From: an uncultured delta proteobacterium
GTDB lineage: Bacteria; Desulfobacterota; Binatia; Binatales; Binataceae
Reading direction: 5' to 3'
Assembly: GCA_963724765.1 (NCBI GenBank)
Contig: CAVRVY010000004.1
Span: 1,472,001 to 1,536,000, forward strand
DNA: 64,000 bases
Shown here: positions 60,045 to 64,000 of the stretch, piece by piece
Layout: each line of letters starts with the position of its first letter
Position numbering within the stretch: position 1 is the first letter of the stretch
Notes under the pieces: model-generated
Seen by the model: only the letters and a program-made list of their open reading frames with translations
Told to the model about the DNA's origin: nothing
The model's database searches: none
Translations under genes and position numbers: made by a program

Positions 60045-60467
60045 TTACTGCTGTGATTCCTCGAGCCCGTGTTTAAGCTGACTCTGGTAGGCGGCATTGT
60101 CAAAATGGCCTCGTGACTCGGCTATCAGCCCGTCAGCACCCATCTCCCATGTCTCGAACCCGCTGATGCGAACTCGCTTCCCGGTCCCGCCCGGCCCAGT
60201 GTTCGTACCGGCGAGTGTCCAATGGTAAACGATGCTGTCGCCCTCAACGCGGACGTCGTCCATCGTTACCTCCATATCCGGAAAAGCGGTCATGAAGCCC
60301 TGAGCGACCTCGCTGATCGCACTCCGCCCCACCGCCGGAGCTTCAGCGTTGACGCTGAGCGAGCCATTGCGTGAGTAGCACGCGGCCACGTTAGCGGGTT
60401 CTCTGCTACACCACGCCGCGGTGTAACGCTTTGCAAAATCGCGCAGCTGAGCTGGTTCAATTTTCAT
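60045..60467 (-). CDS. SnoaL-like ester cyclase
   Basis: YTAAW, AFPDM, WTLAGTNTGP, GLIAE. Confidence 0.85.
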   Translation of the reverse strand: MKIEPAQLRDFAKRYTAAWCSREPANVAACYSRNGSLSVNAEAPAVGRSAISEVAQGFMTAFPDMEVTMDDVRVEGDSIVYHWTLAGTNTGPGGTGKRVRISGFETWEMGADGLIAESRGHFDNAAYQSQLKHGLEESQQ

Positions 60468-60646
60468 AAGGTTCCTCCCGACGGAACGGCGTCGCCCTTT
60501 CTGATCAGACTCGCACGGTAAGGTATGCACCAGTTTAAAGCCACACATCGTGCAAGCCCAGTCTCCTTTAGCAGTCTTTTAGTGCGAGCCCGGAAACAGA
60601 TTTGGCTTTTGTAGTGGCAAACCTCAGGCTCTCGTCGTCAGAGCGA

Positions 60647-60662
60647 CGGTACATCATTTGCT
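60647..60662 (+). promoter_or_regulatory. sigma54-type promoter
   Basis: CGGTACATCATTTGCT (GG-N10-GC). Confidence 0.5.
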
Positions 60663-60749
60663 ACTACATATCGATTGTTCGACATGTACTTACAATATTT
60701 ACAACCAGTCGAGACAATTCGACCATAGAAACAAAAGAGGTGCTCTGCA

Positions 60750-61142
60750 ATGAAAACAAGTGATGTATGCGCCGCTGTCTGCGCAGCCTTGATGATCGTA
60801 ATGCCGATGTCGACTCCGGTATTGGCGCAAATGAATAGCGATTATCCTCAGAAACATGGCGGGGCGACGCCTGATAACCCCCGTGCGGCAAACAACCCTG
60901 ACGCAGTTAACGACACGACGTTGCACAAATCGGCCGTGGCGTATGTCAGGCTGCAGCGTCTCTCAAGCAGCAAAGCGGTCAGCCATTCCGACGAGGCAGC
61001 CGTGGTCCAGCAGGCGGGGTTGGAACCTTTGGCATACAAGCACGTGATGATGCTCGTTCAAACAGACAAGCCGTTGCGACACAAATTTATGAAGTTTGTG
61101 CAGCAAGAGGGCGGTCAACCATCATCCGCTATGCTTCACTGA
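60750..61142 (+). CDS. Secreted protein, DUF4168-like
   Basis: Signal peptide ending VLA-Q; VNDTTL...A.AY..L and AVVQQAGL...Y pattern. Confidence 0.6.
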   Translation: MKTSDVCAAVCAALMIVMPMSTPVLAQMNSDYPQKHGGATPDNPRAANNPDAVNDTTLHKSAVAYVRLQRLSSSKAVSHSDEAAVVQQAGLEPLAYKHVMMLVQTDKPLRHKFMKFVQQEGGQPSSAMLH

Positions 61143-61204
61143 AACCATGGTAGCCGGCGTTTTTTACGTAGGACGTTCGATGGCTTCCGCGGAAGGGCGT
61201 ACTA

Positions 61205-61330
61205 TAAGGGCGCTCGGGCGAGAGCCGACGCCTGAGAATATCGGCAACATTGGTCGCATTTCTGTGCTCGGATCGTGCCGCCAATATTTCCGGGCAGGTA
61301 ATGGCGGTGGACGGCGGAATCGTGCTGGGA
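61205..61330 (+). pseudogene. SDR C-terminal relic
   Basis: ALGREPTPENIGN / VAFLCSDRAANISGQVMAVDGG across a frameshift. Confidence 0.7.
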
Positions 61331-61430
61331 CGCCCACCACTCCGCGCGTGATGCGCTATCGGTTCACGCAAGTGCGCGTGCGATCCCAGGCCGCGTGGGA
61401 GAAACTTCGATGATGAAGGGCGCTATTGGA

Positions 61431-62720
61431 CTAGCCGTTCACCTTCCGCGCAAGTTCAACGCCGAACTGTTTGGCAGCGTTATCGCCCAACATGCGCGCG
61501 AGAATGGATTCGTCAACCCGAGCGCGCGTGAGCGTTTCGATCGCCTCGATCGCGGTGGTGGTATCGTGATGCGGATAACGAGATCCCCAAACGACCTTTT
61601 CAGCGAACTCGTTCGGCAGTTTCTGAATCTGGCGCTCTTCGGCATCGAAACCGAGCATCACACGTCCTTCTTTCCACAACTCTTCGGTGTCCGTGCGGAC
61701 AGGATAATAATGGAGCAGCGGGATCGAGCGGGTCGAGGCCTCCATCTTCTCGAGCACCTCCTCCATCCATGAGGCCTTGCCGTGGGCCACCACCACTTTC
61801 ATTTTAGGGTAGCGCTGCATCACCGTGAAACCGATCAAGGTCGACGCGACAAACATATGGTTGTCGAGCCAGTACGATAGAATTGGAGCGATCGGATGAC
61901 CGAGGGGCGGTGATGCGACGAAAGTGAAACCCTGATCTCCGCCACCTCCGGCATGTGGCCCGCCTCCCGCGTCAGCAATGATAGACCGCTGATTCAATCG
62001 GCGCTTTACCTTCTCAAAAAACTGTCCGTGCGACGTCCATTCGGGATTCCACAATCCAGTTGCGGAATGCACCGCCGCATTAATCCCGAGGCTTTCCAAC
62101 TCGGCCCAGAGGGGATCATAGTAGGGATGAGTGAAGTAATGCCCTTCGATAAACATGGGCCGGATGAACGCGCCGCGGAAACATGGAATCTTGGCGACGC
62201 GGCGCAGCTCCTCCACCGTGTAATCCATGTTCTGGAGTGGGACCATAGCCGCCGCAAACAGTCGGTCTGGCGCGGTCCTGCAGAAGTCCGCGATCCAGTT
62301 GTTGTACGCGCGGGCAAGCGCATACGCCACGTCCGGATCTTCAACCAGGTGGAAACCCTCGGCAAACCAGGTCGGATAGAGAAAGGCCTGGTCGATACCC
62401 ATTGCGTCCATATTGCTCAGGCGAGCCTGAGCGTTTGAAGCCCCTTCGGACATCGGATGACGCCGGCGCGGATCGAGCTCACCGACTTTGTCCCAGGTCA
62501 TCCCGGGCCGCCAGATCGCGTGGCGCGGGATATTTGAGTTCATCGTATCCCGGAAAACTTTGCCATTAACCTTGAGATAGGAGCCGAACTTCCCTTCTTC
62601 GCGCCAGAGAGCATGTTTGCCTAAAGTGCGGTATTCAGGCTCCAGGTACTTAGTCCAAAGTTCCGGCGGTTCCACAACGTGAGAATCGCCATCAAAGACC
62701 GGGAAGCGCTTGTTGGCCAT
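61431..62720 (-). CDS. Amidohydrolase-2 family protein with degenerate active site
   Basis: DGDSHVVEP, MDAMGID...YPT, AYNNWIADFC; WGSRYPH in place of GSDYPH. Confidence 0.88.
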   Translation of the reverse strand: MANKRFPVFDGDSHVVEPPELWTKYLEPEYRTLGKHALWREEGKFGSYLKVNGKVFRDTMNSNIPRHAIWRPGMTWDKVGELDPRRRHPMSEGASNAQARLSNMDAMGIDQAFLYPTWFAEGFHLVEDPDVAYALARAYNNWIADFCRTAPDRLFAAAMVPLQNMDYTVEELRRVAKIPCFRGAFIRPMFIEGHYFTHPYYDPLWAELESLGINAAVHSATGLWNPEWTSHGQFFEKVKRRLNQRSIIADAGGGPHAGGGGDQGFTFVASPPLGHPIAPILSYWLDNHMFVASTLIGFTVMQRYPKMKVVVAHGKASWMEEVLEKMEASTRSIPLLHYYPVRTDTEELWKEGRVMLGFDAEERQIQKLPNEFAEKVVWGSRYPHHDTTTAIEAIETLTRARVDESILARMLGDNAAKQFGVELARKVNG

Positions 62721-62741
62721 GACTGATTGTCCCTTTTCGAT

Positions 62742-64000
62742 TTAGCGGCTGCCGCCGACGCCTGGAGAGAATTCGGCTCGGGTCCGCAGAACCGCAGCCT
62801 CCGGTTTGAGCGATGCCTTCACCTCCTCCTCCGTTGGCCACCAATCGGGCCGCTCGATCTCGGTTACCCTGTCACGGATGAAGTTTTTCGGCGTATCGAT
62901 TCTATAGAGCTTCCGTGCGTTCTCACCCAGGAACTTCGCCTGATACTTCTCCGGAAGCTCGCACTTGCGCATGGTCTCGATCGCCCGCCACGCGTCGTCG
63001 CCGTCGTGATGATAGACATCAGACGACCACGCCAGAATGTTCTCGTAAAACTCCGGCAAGCGCGAAGGCGGCGCTTCGTCGCCTTCGAAACCGGTTACGC
63101 AATGCTCGAAAAAGGTCTCGCTCGGGAGACGCCTGAGGGGCGGCAATTGGCGATCATTGCGATAGAGGCGATAGTGCTTGTCGCACTCGTCGAGCACAAA
63201 GCTCAACCATGTCGAGGAGGCCTCAAAGACCGCAGCCCTCAGCTTTGAGTACCGTTCAAAGAAGCCTGACATCAGCACCATCGCTACCCATAGTGAGGCC
63301 TCCGCCTGGAAATCCTGCACGTTTATCAGGAAGGAGTGAGGCAGGCCTGCCGTTGAAGCGGTAAGCGCGATTAGTTCTGCGCCCGAATGTTGCTCGGTGT
63401 ACCCGGGCGGCTTCAGCGACCCGAAGGCCGGGAACGGATGCATCCCGTAGACCACGCCTGTTTCTTCCATCGCGCGCCACACGCGCTCGTACTTGGGCTG
63501 AATCGGATAATTGCCCATGGCATCGATTGGGCGGACCAGTCCGACACGACAACGCTTGGCCGCGACGCGATAAATCTCCTGCTGGGCGAATTTGGGATCT
63601 TGCATCGGCAACATCGCCGCGAAGAACAGCCGCTCCGGATTCTCCTGACAATATTCATAAGCCCAGTCGTTGTATGCCTTGCACATCGCCTTGGCGCCAA
63701 CCGCATTTTGCAGCCATGGATAAGTGTCGATGTCGGTAGGAATGATCATCACCTGATCGATCCCCTGGACGTCCATGTCCCTCAGGCGCGGCTTGGGCTC
63801 GTACGATCCCTTGTGATCGAGATAATCCGCCTGTTCCGCGGTTAGTGCGGTGTCACGCTTGAGATTGCGCACGTTCAACGCACGCTGGATATCGTGCTTG
63901 AGGCCCGGTCCGGCCAGGGAAAGCACGTTTACCATGCCAGGCGTGCCATGGATTCGTTGCGAGCCGAGTCCGCTTCCGGCCTTGCCATTTACGATTAGCT
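62742..64000 (-). CDS. Amidohydrolase-2 family protein (5' end beyond window)
   Basis: MDVQGID..IIPT, AYNDW, MHP, FEAS, SSDVYHHD, GENARKLY; frame stays open to the window edge. Confidence 0.88.
   Translation of the reverse strand, partial: LIVNGKAGSGLGSQRIHGTPGMVNVLSLAGPGLKHDIQRALNVRNLKRDTALTAEQADYLDHKGSYEPKPRLRDMDVQGIDQVMIIPTDIDTYPWLQNAVGAKAMCKAYNDWAYEYCQENPERLFFAAMLPMQDPKFAQQEIYRVAAKRCRVGLVRPIDAMGNYPIQPKYERVWRAMEETGVVYGMHPFPAFGSLKPPGYTEQHSGAELIALTASTAGLPHSFLINVQDFQAEASLWVAMVLMSGFFERYSKLRAAVFEASSTWLSFVLDECDKHYRLYRNDRQLPPLRRLPSETFFEHCVTGFEGDEAPPSRLPEFYENILAWSSDVYHHDGDDAWRAIETMRKCELPEKYQAKFLGENARKLYRIDTPKNFIRDRVTEIERPDWWPTEEEVKASLKPEAAVLRTRAEFSPGVGGSR

Overview
GC-rich bacterial chromosomal segment with no rRNA, tRNA, CRISPR or core housekeeping genes. 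The gene content (many LLM oxidoreductases, amidohydrolases, SnoaL proteins, stand-alone HTH_17 proteins, many sigma54-type promoters) suggests a soil Deltaproteobacteria-like lineage such as Ca. Binatota; this is inference only. Contents in order: catabolic orphans; an ExeA-LysM ATPase; a Mo-bisPGD oxidoreductase; a fluoride-riboswitch-controlled DUF190-CBS + Fluc operon; a pair of Cys-rich secreted paralogs; a sigma54/stress-type island (HTH_17 pair, Cys-rich small protein, B12 radical SAM, ACAD/PIG-L/NodS/GT2 cluster, hybrid kinases, one badly decayed); a 34-bp perfect palindrome; a complete IS21 element with a 6-bp target duplication; an apparently cytoplasmic SpoIID/DUF4922/GT2/DUF1460/DOMON peptidoglycan-salvage-like operon; a TPP enzyme/duplicated His-membrane protein/GMC dehydrogenase/enolase-family/SDR operon; a possible group II intron domain-I relic; and an N-heterocycle/ureide hydrolase cluster ending in a tandem amidohydrolase pair in which one partner lacks the catalytic Asp. 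Many intergenic gaps hold short gene relics (CusA, YihY, CobA, asparaginase, hydantoinase, SDR). All family calls come from motif recognition by eye, without database searches.
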